Assembly: GCA_029961055.1 (NCBI GenBank)
Contig: JASBVM010000005.1
Coordinates: 65,487-129,486, forward strand
From: Bacillota bacterium
GTDB lineage: Bacteria > Bacillota > Sulfobacillia > JAIMAT01
Direction: 5' to 3'
DNA length: 64,000 bases
The notes under the pieces are model-generated. The model ran no database searches. It was given only the letters and a program-made list of their open reading frames with translations, and was not told the DNA's origin. Positions 8,971-20,404 of the stretch are shown here, piece after piece. Position 1 is the stretch's first letter; the number at the start of each line of letters is the position of its first letter. A program made the translations under genes and the position numbers.

Positions 8971-8995
8971 CGCTGGTTGGAGGGAACGGTGATCC

Positions 8996-11800
8996 ATGGA
9001 CTGGAGCGACACGCTCAACCTTCCCAGGACCGGTTTTCCCATGCGCGCCAACCTGGCCCAACGGGAGCCGGTCATGGAGGAACGGTGGCGGCGGGACCGG
9101 CTCTACGAACGCTTGCGCGAGAGGCGGAGCGGCCGCCCGCGCTTCGTCCTTCATGACGGCCCGCCCTACGCCAACGGCCAGATCCACATCGGCACCGCCA
9201 TGAACAAGATCCTCAAGGACTTCGTGGTCCGCTACGCCAACCTGCGCGGCAAGGACGCCCCGTACGTGCCGGGATGGGACACGCACGGGATGCCCATCGA
9301 GCACCGCGCGCTGGAGGCGCTGGGGCTGGACCGGCACGACCTGGACCCGCTGGAGCTGCGCCACCGCTGCGAGGAGTTTGCGCGCGGATTCATCGGCGTG
9401 ATGACCGACCAGTGCCGCCGCCTGGGCGTCCTGGGCGACTGGGAGCACCCCTACGCCACCCTCGAGCCGGAGTACGAGGCGCGACAGATCGAGCTCTTCG
9501 GCGAGATGGTGCGCAAGGGCTACATCTACAAAGGGCTGAAGCCCGTCTACTGGTGCCCCGTCTGCGAGACCGCCCTGGCCGACGCGGAGATCGAGTTTCA
9601 CGAGATCTCCTCGCCCTCCATCTACGTGGCCTTCGACCCGGTCCCGGGCGAGGGGCGGCTGCCGGCGGGCAGCCGGGCGGTCATCTGGACCACGACGCCG
9701 TGGACGATCCCGGCCAACCAGGCGCTCGCCGTCCACCCGGAGGCGGAGTACGTCGTCTGCGACACCGGCCACGGTCCGCTCCTCCTGGCCCGCCCCCGCG
9801 CCGCCGCGGCGCTGGAGGCCATGGGAATGGGCGCCGACGGCCACGGCGGCCACGGCCAGCCTCGCGTGATCGCCCGCTTCCGCGGCGCCGACCTGGAGGG
9901 GCTCCGCTTCCTGCACCCGCTCTACCCCGACCGCCAGGTGCCGGTGGTCCTGGGCGACCACGTCACGATGGAGGAAGGGACGGGGATCGTTCACACCGCG
10001 CCCGGCCACGGCGAGGAAGACTTCGAAGTGGGTCAGCGGTACGGCCTGCCGGTGCTGGTCCCCCTGGACGACCGCGGCCGCTTCACGGAGGAGGGCTCGC
10101 CCTTCACCGGCCTCTTCTACCAGGAAGCCAACCCGCGCATCGTCGGCGCGCTGGACCGGGCGGGGGCGCTCCTCGCCCAGGGGACGGTGGAGCACAGCTA
10201 CGCCCATTGCTGGCGCTGCAAGAATCCGGTCATCTGGCGTGCCACCGAGCAGTGGTTCGCCTCGGTGGAGCGGTTCCGCACCCGGGCGCTGGAGGCGGTC
10301 GACGAGGTCGAATGGCTTCCTCGCTGGGGGCGGGAGCGGATGCGCGCCATGGTGGAGGGGCGTTCCGACTGGTGCATCTCGCGCCAGCGCGTCTGGGGCG
10401 TCCCCATCCCGGCCTTCTACTGCCGCAACTGCGGCTACCTGCTGCTGAACGGCGAGACGGTGGCGGCCGTGGCCCGCCTCTTCCGCGGGGAAGGCTCCGA
10501 CGCCTGGTGGCGGCACGAGGCGGAGGAGATCCTGCCGCCCGGGACCCGGTGCCCGTCCTGCGGCGCGGAGTCCTGGCGGAAGGAGACCGACACCATGGAC
10601 GTCTGGTTCGACTCCGGCTCCAGCCACGCGGCCGTGCTGCGGGAGCGGCCGGACCTGGACTGGCCGGCCGACGTCTACCTGGAAGGTGGCGACCAGTTCC
10701 GCGGCTGGTTCCAGTCGTCCCTCCTCACCTCGGTGGCCGTCTACGAGCACGCCCCCTACCGGAACGTGATCGCCCACGGCTGGGTGCTGGACGGCCAGGG
10801 ACGGGCGATGCACAAGTCGCTGGGCAACGTGGTGGCGCCCGAAGAGGTGGTCGACCGCTTCGGGGCCGACGTGCTCCGCATCTGGGTGGCCAGCTCCGAC
10901 TACCGGGAGGACATGCGCATCTCCGACGAGATCCTGGATCAGGCGGCCGACGCCTACCGGAAGGTGCGGAACACGCTCCGTTTCCTGCTGGGCAACCTGG
11001 CTGACTACCGGCCGGCGGCAGGCGGCGCGGAGCGGGTGGAGGAGGAACTGGACCGCTGGGTGCTGGCGCGGCTGGCGGAGGTGGCCCAGCGGGCGGCCCA
11101 GGCCCTGGACCGCTTCGACTTCCGGGCCGCCTTCGGCGAGATCTACAACTTCTGTACCAACGATCTGAGCGCCTTCTACCTCGACGTCAGCAAGGACCGG
11201 CTCTACACCCTCACCCCCGATTCGCCGAGGCGGCGCTCGGCGCAGGCGGCCATCTGGATCACCGCGGGGGCGCTGATCCGGATGCTGGCGCTCTTCATCC
11301 CGCACACGGCGGAAGAGGCCTGGCAGTTCCTGCCCAAGGCCGGCGGGGAGCCGGACTCGGTCCACCTGGCCGAGTGGCCGGAGGAGCTCTCCCCGTGGCG
11401 GGACGCCGGACTTCTGGAGCGCTGGCGGGAAGTCCTCGCCATCGGGCAGGAAGCCGCCCGGGCTCTGGAGCAGGCGCGCCAGGGCCGGCGCGTCCAGCGC
11501 TCCCAGGATGCGCTTCTCCGCATCCGCACGACGCCGGCGCGCCGCGCGCTCCTGGCCGCCCTGGGTCCTGCCCTGGCCGACCTTTATCGCGTCGCGCAGG
11601 TCGAGATTGCGGAGGCCGACGGCGCCGAGGGCGAGGAGCGCTTCGAGGTGGAGCCGGCGCCGGGCGAGAAGTGCGACCGCTGCTGGAACGTCCGCCTCGA
11701 CGTGGGCCAGGACCCCGAATACCCGGGCGTCTGTGGCCGCTGCGCCGGCGTGCTCCATGCGCTGCAGGTGCCGCCTCGAGGCGCCGCGGCGCAGACCTAG
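8996..11800 (+). CDS. ileS: Isoleucine--tRNA ligase
   Basis: 934 aa. HIGH motif ([15 protein letters not shown]), KMSKS-like ([10 protein letters not shown]) and a C-terminal Zn finger (CDRCWNV...CGRC). Confidence 0.97.
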   Translation: MDWSDTLNLPRTGFPMRANLAQREPVMEERWRRDRLYERLRERRSGRPRFVLHDGPPYANGQIHIGTAMNKILKDFVVRYANLRGKDAPYVPGWDTHGMPIEHRALEALGLDRHDLDPLELRHRCEEFARGFIGVMTDQCRRLGVLGDWEHPYATLEPEYEARQIELFGEMVRKGYIYKGLKPVYWCPVCETALADAEIEFHEISSPSIYVAFDPVPGEGRLPAGSRAVIWTTTPWTIPANQALAVHPEAEYVVCDTGHGPLLLARPRAAAALEAMGMGADGHGGHGQPRVIARFRGADLEGLRFLHPLYPDRQVPVVLGDHVTMEEGTGIVHTAPGHGEEDFEVGQRYGLPVLVPLDDRGRFTEEGSPFTGLFYQEANPRIVGALDRAGALLAQGTVEHSYAHCWRCKNPVIWRATEQWFASVERFRTRALEAVDEVEWLPRWGRERMRAMVEGRSDWCISRQRVWGVPIPAFYCRNCGYLLLNGETVAAVARLFRGEGSDAWWRHEAEEILPPGTRCPSCGAESWRKETDTMDVWFDSGSSHAAVLRERPDLDWPADVYLEGGDQFRGWFQSSLLTSVAVYEHAPYRNVIAHGWVLDGQGRAMHKSLGNVVAPEEVVDRFGADVLRIWVASSDYREDMRISDEILDQAADAYRKVRNTLRFLLGNLADYRPAAGGAERVEEELDRWVLARLAEVAQRAAQALDRFDFRAAFGEIYNFCTNDLSAFYLDVSKDRLYTLTPDSPRRRSAQAAIWITAGALIRMLALFIPHTAEEAWQFLPKAGGEPDSVHLAEWPEELSPWRDAGLLERWREVLAIGQEAARALEQARQGRRVQRSQDALLRIRTTPARRALLAALGPALADLYRVAQVEIAEADGAEGEERFEVEPAPGEKCDRCWNVRLDVGQDPEYPGVCGRCAGVLHALQVPPRGAAAQT

Positions 11801-11854
11801 CGCGGCCCCGCCACCTGCGCGCCCAACACCCGGACGGGGTCCGGAGAAGGGAGG

Positions 11855-12322
11855 ATGTGCATGATCGAGATCGGTCAACCGGCGCCCGACTTCCGCCTGC
11901 CCGCCACGCGGGTGGGCGAGGTCTCGCTCTCCGACTTCAGGGGCCGGAACGTCTATCTGATCTTCTATCCCAAGGACAACACGCCGGGCTGCCGGCGGCA
12001 GCTGAGCGCCGCCCGCGACGCCATCCAGGCCTACGAAGAGCGCGGGACGGCGGTGCTGGCGGTCAACCCCGGCAGTCTCAACTCGCACGAGAAGTGGAGC
12101 GAGAAGGAGGGCTTCCCCTTCCCCATCGCGGTGGACGCGGACCGCTCGGTGGCCGCCGCCTACGATGCCCTCAAGGAGAACGGGACCAGCATCCAGCGGA
12201 CCGTCTACCTCATCGACCGCGACGGCGTCGTCCGCTATGCCAAGCGCGGCATGCCCTCCACCGAGGAGCTGCTGGCCGAGATCGACGCCATCAACGCGGG
12301 CTCCCGCACCACCGGGAGCTGA
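11855..12322 (+). CDS. bcp: Thiol peroxidase, Bcp-type peroxiredoxin (AhpC/TSA family)
   Basis: FYPKDNTPGCRRQ active-site motif with a thioredoxin-fold pattern. Confidence 0.85.
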   Translation: MCMIEIGQPAPDFRLPATRVGEVSLSDFRGRNVYLIFYPKDNTPGCRRQLSAARDAIQAYEERGTAVLAVNPGSLNSHEKWSEKEGFPFPIAVDADRSVAAAYDALKENGTSIQRTVYLIDRDGVVRYAKRGMPSTEELLAEIDAINAGSRTTGS

Positions 12323-12395
12323 GGACCGGCCATCCAGGGTTGCGTTTTGAGCGGCTCCCGCCCCGGGGAGGCTACCTTCCGGGGGGGAGCCTTGG

Positions 12396-12845
12396 GTGTC
12401 TCTGCGCGAGGAGCTGCGCCGGCGTCTGGAGGCGGAGATCGACTCGCTCCGCCGGCGCATCGGCCATCTGGAGGGAGGGCTCGGCCGGAGTCTCGGCGAT
12501 GCCCTGGGGGAGCTCTCCACCTACGACAACCATCCCGCCGACATCGGCGACGAGCTCTTCCAGCGGAGCCAGGACCTGGCCTTCCGCAACCGCTGGGAAC
12601 GCCGGTTGGCGGATCTGGAGGCGGCGCTCCAGCGGATGGAGGAGGGCACGTACGGCTATTGCCAGCGCTGCGGGCGCCCCATCGAGGTGGAGCGGCTGAA
12701 GGCGGTCCCCGAGGCGCGCCTCTGCGCCGGCTGCCAGCGGGCTCTGGAGGCGAAGGCGGGCCCGGAGCGCGACCGCCCGGCGGAGGAAGGGCTCCTCTCG
12801 CCGCCCTTCGGGCCGGGCCGGGAGCCGCCCGGGGAGGGTGGCTGA
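12396..12845 (+). CDS. ylyA: DksA/TraR-family C4 zinc-finger protein (YlyA-like)
   Basis: Coiled-coil N-terminus with CQRCGRPIEVERLKAVPEARLCAGCQ. It sits at the B. subtilis ylyA position (ileS-ylyA-lspA-rluD-pyrR). Confidence 0.75.
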   Translation: MSLREELRRRLEAEIDSLRRRIGHLEGGLGRSLGDALGELSTYDNHPADIGDELFQRSQDLAFRNRWERRLADLEAALQRMEEGTYGYCQRCGRPIEVERLKAVPEARLCAGCQRALEAKAGPERDRPAEEGLLSPPFGPGREPPGEGG

Positions 12846-12918
12846 GCCGCCTTGCTCCGTCTGTTCCGGCCGGGGGGAGGCCGGCAGCCGGTGGAGGCGG
12901 GGTCCCTCTTCCGGTGCG

Positions 12919-12927
12919 TGCTAGAAT
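12919..12927 (+). promoter_or_regulatory. Extended -10-like element TGcTAGAAT upstream of lspA
   Basis: TGCTAGAAT lies about 25 nt upstream of the lspA GTG and its [13 protein letters not shown]. Confidence 0.25.
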
Positions 12928-12951
12928 AGCGCGGTCGGAGGAGGGGACGGG

Positions 12952-13404
12952 GTGACCTTCGCCTGGGTGGCGCTGGCGGTGCTTGCGCTGGACTGGCTGA
13001 GCAAGCTGGCCGTGCGACGCTGGATGACGCCGGGCGAGTCCATCGCCGTCGTGCCCGGCGTCTTCCATCTCACGTACACCCGGAACACCGGCGCCGCCTT
13101 CAGCCTCTTCCAGGGGGGGAGCGACTGGTTGGCCGGCGTCAGCCTGGTGATCGCGGCCGGCGTCGTCCTCTTCGCCCTGCGCCAGGGGCGCGGCAGGCCC
13201 TGGCTGCAGGTGGCGCTGGGGCTGGTCCTGGGAGGGGCGTTGGGCAACCTGGTCGACCGTCTCTCGCGGGGCTGGGTGGTGGACTTCCTCGATTTCCGCA
13301 TCTGGCCGGTCTTCAACCTGGCCGACAGCTCGGTCGTGGTGGGCGCCCTTCTTCTGGCCTGGCAGCTCCTGGCGGGCGATTCCCCGGCTCGGCCGGACGC
13401 CTGA
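12952..13404 (+). CDS. lspA: Lipoprotein signal peptidase II
   Basis: Conserved LspA motifs NTGAAFS, GGALGNLVDR, VVDFLDF and FNLAD. Confidence 0.9.
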   Translation: MTFAWVALAVLALDWLSKLAVRRWMTPGESIAVVPGVFHLTYTRNTGAAFSLFQGGSDWLAGVSLVIAAGVVLFALRQGRGRPWLQVALGLVLGGALGNLVDRLSRGWVVDFLDFRIWPVFNLADSSVVVGALLLAWQLLAGDSPARPDA

Positions 13405-16421
<3,017 letters not shown>

Positions 16422-16439
16422 CCGCGCGCGGCGGGCGAC

Positions 16440-17642
16440 ATGGTCTGGAACGGGCACTGGGACAGCGATCCGGTGGCGCTGGTCTGGGACCGGCGTCTGC
16501 TCCGTTACCGGTTCGGCGAGGGGCATCCCTTCGATCCGCTCCGCCTGGAGTTGCTCATCCACCTGCTGGAGAGCGCCGGGCTGCTCCGGCCGGGCGACAT
16601 CCTCCGCCCGAGGGCGGCCAGCCGCGCCGAACTGGAGGTCGCCCACGACCCGGACTACCTGGAGGCGCTGGAGCGGATGAGCCGCTCCGGGGAGGCGGAG
16701 CCGGGAGCCGAGCGGTTCGGGCTGGGGACGGAGGACGACCCGGTCTTCGCGGGCATGGCGGAGGCGGCCGCCTGGGTGGCGGGGGGTGCGCTGGAGGCGG
16801 CGGACGGGGTGGGCAGCGGGCGCTTCCTCCACCTCTTCCATCCCGCCGGGGGGCTCCACCATGCGCAGCGGGGCCGGGCCTCCGGTTTCTGCCTGGTCAA
16901 CGACGTGGTCCTGGCCATCGAGCGCCTGCGCCGGCGGTGGGGTCTCCGCGTCGCCTACGTGGACATCGACGCCCACCACGGTGACGGCGTCCAGGCCGCC
17001 TTCTACGAGGCGGCCGACCTGCTCTTCATCTCCCTGCACGAGACCGGCCGCTATCTCTTCCCCGGGACGGGCTCCATCGACGAGCGCGGGCGGGGCGCGG
17101 GGAGAGGGAACTTCTGGAACGTCCCGCTGGACGCCTTCACCGAAGACGGCTCCTGGATCGAGGCCTTCCGGCGGGTGGTCCCCCCCCTCCTGGAGCGGTT
17201 CGCCCCCGACGTGCTGGTCAGCCAGCACGGGGCGGACGGGCACCGGCTCGATCCGCTCACCCACCTGGCCCTGACCACCCGCAGCTACCAGGTGGCGGCC
17301 GAGGAGCTCCACCGCCTGGCCCACCGGCTCTGCGACGGGCGCTGGCTCGCCTTCGGCGGGGGCGGCTACGCCGTCTGGGAGGTGGTGCCCCGCGTCTGGG
17401 CGCTCCTCTGGGCGGAGCTGACGGGCCGACCGCTTCCGCAGCGGATCCCGGACGAGTGGCTCCGGCGCTGGCAGCCGCTCAGCCCGGTCCCCCTGCCGCG
17501 GCACTTCCTGGACGCCGAGGCCGGCGAGGAAGGGGCCTTCGCCCCGATCCCGCGCCGCCCCCTGATCGAGGAGTTCAACCGGCGGACGGTCGACCGGCTG
17601 CTCGGCCTTCCCGCCGGCTCAGGCGGGGCCGGACGCGCCTGA
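16440..17642 (+). CDS. Histone-deacetylase-superfamily hydrolase (AcuC / acetylpolyamine amidohydrolase-like)
   Basis: HPFDPLRLEL, FCLVNDVVLAI and DIDAHHGDGVQAAFYEAADLLFISLHE are Zn-dependent HDAC/AcuC motifs. Confidence 0.8.
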   Translation: MVWNGHWDSDPVALVWDRRLLRYRFGEGHPFDPLRLELLIHLLESAGLLRPGDILRPRAASRAELEVAHDPDYLEALERMSRSGEAEPGAERFGLGTEDDPVFAGMAEAAAWVAGGALEAADGVGSGRFLHLFHPAGGLHHAQRGRASGFCLVNDVVLAIERLRRRWGLRVAYVDIDAHHGDGVQAAFYEAADLLFISLHETGRYLFPGTGSIDERGRGAGRGNFWNVPLDAFTEDGSWIEAFRRVVPPLLERFAPDVLVSQHGADGHRLDPLTHLALTTRSYQVAAEELHRLAHRLCDGRWLAFGGGGYAVWEVVPRVWALLWAELTGRPLPQRIPDEWLRRWQPLSPVPLPRHFLDAEAGEEGAFAPIPRRPLIEEFNRRTVDRLLGLPAGSGGAGRA

Positions 17643-19439
17643 GCCCGCGACGCCGGAGAGGCTGCGCAGATCCGCCTCCAGCTCCGGGTCGGGGCGGACG
17701 GCCAGCGTCCGCTCGTTCCGGTAGAGGACGAAACCGGGCGGGGCACCGCGGGGCTTCCAGACGTTCCGGCGCTCCGTCCAGTCCACCTCCACCGAGGAGG
17801 AGCGGCGGCCGCCCGAGTGGAGGGCGGCCAGCGCGGCCGCCTCGAGGCGCGTCCGCTCCGGAGGCTGCTCCCGTCCGCGGACCGGCAGGAGGACGTGGGC
17901 GCCCGGGAGCCCCCGGGCGTGGAACCAGAGGTCGTCGGGCCGGGCCAGGCGCATGGTCAGCTCCTCGTTCTGCCGGTTGTTCCGGCCCAGCCAGATCTCC
18001 CAGCCGTCATGGGAGAGGAGCCGCAGCGGCCCCGTGGAGGCGGGCGGCTCCCGCCTCCGGGCCCGGGTGTGCCGCGGCGCGGGGAGCAGCCCCTCCGCCT
18101 CCATCTCCGCCTCCACGTCCGCCAGCTCCGCCGGGTTCTCCGCCTCCTCCAGCTCCAGCAGCACCGACTCCAGGTAGCGGAGCCGCTCCTCCGTCGCGGC
18201 CAGCACCGGCTCCAGGTGCTGCCTGCGGCGGACCGCCCTGCGGTAGCGGTGGAAGAGGCGCTGCGCCCGCTCCACCGGGCGCTCGCCGGGCTCCAGCTCC
18301 AGCCGCCGGAGCGGCTGGCCGGCTTCGAAGTGGTCGGGCACGTCCAGCCCGCGCTGGCCCGGCGCGAAGCTGGCCGCATAGGCGAGGAGCAGCTCGGCCT
18401 CACGGCGCCAGGCGTCGGCTTCCCCCGCCTCCTCCAGCTCCCGCCGCTGGGCCTCGAGGCGGCGGCGGAGGCGCTCCACCTCCGCCCGCACCGGCTGGAG
18501 CAGGGTGCGCCGGCGGCGCTCGAGATGCCATCGCTCCCCGCGCCGGGCGAGCGTCTCCGCCACCGCCTGGCTGACCGTGGCCACCGGGCGGAGGCGCGGC
18601 CGCCCGGCAGGAAGCCCTTCCGGCAGCACCGCCACCGCCTCCTCGGCACCCGGCTCCTCCATCACCGCGGGCCGGAAGTCGCCGCGCCCCGCCGCCCCGA
18701 GCATGGCCGCCACCCGGCCGGCCAGGCGGGCGAGCGCCGCCGGCTCCTCGGGCAGCCGTCCCGCCCCGCCCTGGCCAGCCGCCTCCAGGGCGAGGCGCGC
18801 GTGGGCCGGGCCCATCCCCGCCACCGCGGCGGCCAGCGCCTTGGCCGCCGGGCGGCCGGTCCGGGCGGCCGCGGCCAGCCGCTCGAGCAGCGCCGCCTCG
18901 CCCTCCTCGGGCTGCCAGCGCGGCTCCCGCGGCGGCGGCGGCAGCTGGTAGGGGAGGCCGGGCAGGACCGGGCGGGCCGGGTTCTCGTCCGGGCTGGCGC
19001 GGCGGAGCGCGTCCAGGATGCGGCCGTCCTCCCCCACGAGGAGCAGGTTGGAGCGCGTGCCCATCAGCTCCGCCACCAGCTCGTAGCGGGCCGGGTCGCC
19101 CAGCGCGTCCCGCCCCAGGAAGCCCAGCCGCAGGATCCGCTCCCAGCCCGGCTGGTCCACCCCGGTCAGGCGCGCCCCTCCCAGGTGCCGGCGGAGCTGC
19201 GCGAGCCAGAAGCCGGGGCGGTCCGGCGGCTCCGCGCCCGGCCCGTCCGGCCCTCCCGGCAGGCGGGGCGGGTCCAGCAGAACCCCGTCCGCCTGCGGCT
19301 CGAGCGAGAGCTCCAGCCAGTGAAGCGTCCCGTCGGCGAGACGCAGGCGGAAGCCGAAGCTCCGCTCGCCCGTCGCCGTCACCTTCTGGACGCGCGCCCC
19401 GGCCAGGCGTCCGCCCAGCTCCAGGGCCAGGGCGCGCAA
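17619..19439 (-). CDS. rqcH: Ribosome-associated quality control protein RqcH (Rqc2 homolog; NFACT-N, coiled coil, NFACT-R)
   Basis: N-terminal FbpA/NFACT-N and a C-terminal NFACT-R/DUF814 region (DLWFHARGLPGAHVLL). It neighbours a Ca-ATPase as in B. subtilis yloA-yloB. Confidence 0.8.
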   Translation of the reverse strand: MRALALELGGRLAGARVQKVTATGERSFGFRLRLADGTLHWLELSLEPQADGVLLDPPRLPGGPDGPGAEPPDRPGFWLAQLRRHLGGARLTGVDQPGWERILRLGFLGRDALGDPARYELVAELMGTRSNLLLVGEDGRILDALRRASPDENPARPVLPGLPYQLPPPPREPRWQPEEGEAALLERLAAAARTGRPAAKALAAAVAGMGPAHARLALEAAGQGGAGRLPEEPAALARLAGRVAAMLGAAGRGDFRPAVMEEPGAEEAVAVLPEGLPAGRPRLRPVATVSQAVAETLARRGERWHLERRRRTLLQPVRAEVERLRRRLEAQRRELEEAGEADAWRREAELLLAYAASFAPGQRGLDVPDHFEAGQPLRRLELEPGERPVERAQRLFHRYRRAVRRRQHLEPVLAATEERLRYLESVLLELEEAENPAELADVEAEMEAEGLLPAPRHTRARRREPPASTGPLRLLSHDGWEIWLGRNNRQNEELTMRLARPDDLWFHARGLPGAHVLLPVRGREQPPERTRLEAAALAALHSGGRRSSSVEVDWTERRNVWKPRGAPPGFVLYRNERTLAVRPDPELEADLRSLSGVAGSGASGPA

Positions 19440-19510
19440 GAGGATCCCGTCCGGCAGCCTTCCTCACCCCGCCCGCCCGCGAGGATACCATAGGGCCCGG
19501 GGGTGAGAGG

Positions 19511-20383
19511 GTGGAGGAGCGGAGAGGCCCTGCCGTGCCCCCGGGGCTGGAGGGCCGGGTGGAGCTGGCACGCGAGGCGGCGCAGGAGGCGGCCGCCCTC
19601 CTCCTGGAGGGGCTGGGCGTGCTGCACCGGGTGGAGGTGAAGAGCTCGCCCGCCGACCTGGTCAGCGAGGTGGACCGCCGCTCCGAGGAAGCGATCCGCT
19701 CCCGCGTGCGCGCGCGCTTCCCCGGGGACGCCTTCCTGGGGGAGGAGGGGGGGACCGGGTCCGGCCCCGGCGCGGCGCCGCAGCGGGCGGGCGCCCTGCC
19801 CTGGGCGCGCGGCTGGTGCTGGGTGGTCGACCCGCTGGACGGCACCAACAACTACCTGCACGGGATCCCCTTCTTCGCCGTCTCCATGGCCCTCCTGGAG
19901 GACGGGCGGCTCCGCTACGGGCTGACGCTGGACCCGGTGCGCGGGGAGCGGTTCGAGGCCTGGCCGGGCGGTGGCGCGTGGCTGGGCGAGCGGCCGCTCC
20001 ACGTCAGCCGCGAGGAGCGGATCCCCTTCTCCCTGGTCGCCACCGGCTTCCCCTTCGACCGGCGGGGCCACCGGCGGAACCTGGACCGGCTGGCGGCGGT
20101 GGCCGACCGGGTGCAGAACGTGCGCACCCTCGGCTCGGCCGCGCTGGCACTGGCCTACGTGGCGGCCGGGCGGCTGGAGGCCTTCTGGGAGCTCCACCTG
20201 GCCCCCTGGGACATGGCGGCGGGCGCGCTCCTGGTCCGCGAGGCGGGGGGAAGCGTCAGCGACGCCGACGGCCGGCCTTTCCGCCTGGAGGGTGGGACCG
20301 TCCTGGCGGGCGCGCCGGCGGTCCACGACTGGCTGAAGGGGGTCTTCGGCGGGGCCGGTCTCTCCTCGTCCCGGGAGTCATAG
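19511..20383 (+). CDS. Inositol monophosphatase family protein (SuhB-like)
   Basis: VVDPLDGTNNYLHGIPFFAVSMAL and WDMAAGALLVREAGG are IMPase motifs. Confidence 0.8.
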   Translation: MEERRGPAVPPGLEGRVELAREAAQEAAALLLEGLGVLHRVEVKSSPADLVSEVDRRSEEAIRSRVRARFPGDAFLGEEGGTGSGPGAAPQRAGALPWARGWCWVVDPLDGTNNYLHGIPFFAVSMALLEDGRLRYGLTLDPVRGERFEAWPGGGAWLGERPLHVSREERIPFSLVATGFPFDRRGHRRNLDRLAAVADRVQNVRTLGSAALALAYVAAGRLEAFWELHLAPWDMAAGALLVREAGGSVSDADGRPFRLEGGTVLAGAPAVHDWLKGVFGGAGLSSSRES

Positions 20384-20404
20384 CCCTGGGACGGAGGTTG
20401 AGCC

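Noticed and set aside
8850-8995. Calling the ileS leader a definite T-box riboswitch
   Set aside because: The conserved T-box sequence AGGGTGGNACCGCG and a Stem I specifier loop could not be confidently identified by eye in only about 140 nt. It is reported as a putative attenuator or compact T-box rather than as a feature of type ncRNA.
8843-12520. 1225-aa ORF on the minus strand
   Set aside because: It is antisense to ileS and bcp. It has a low-complexity Arg/Gly/Ala/Pro composition typical of out-of-frame translation of high-GC DNA, and it has no motifs.
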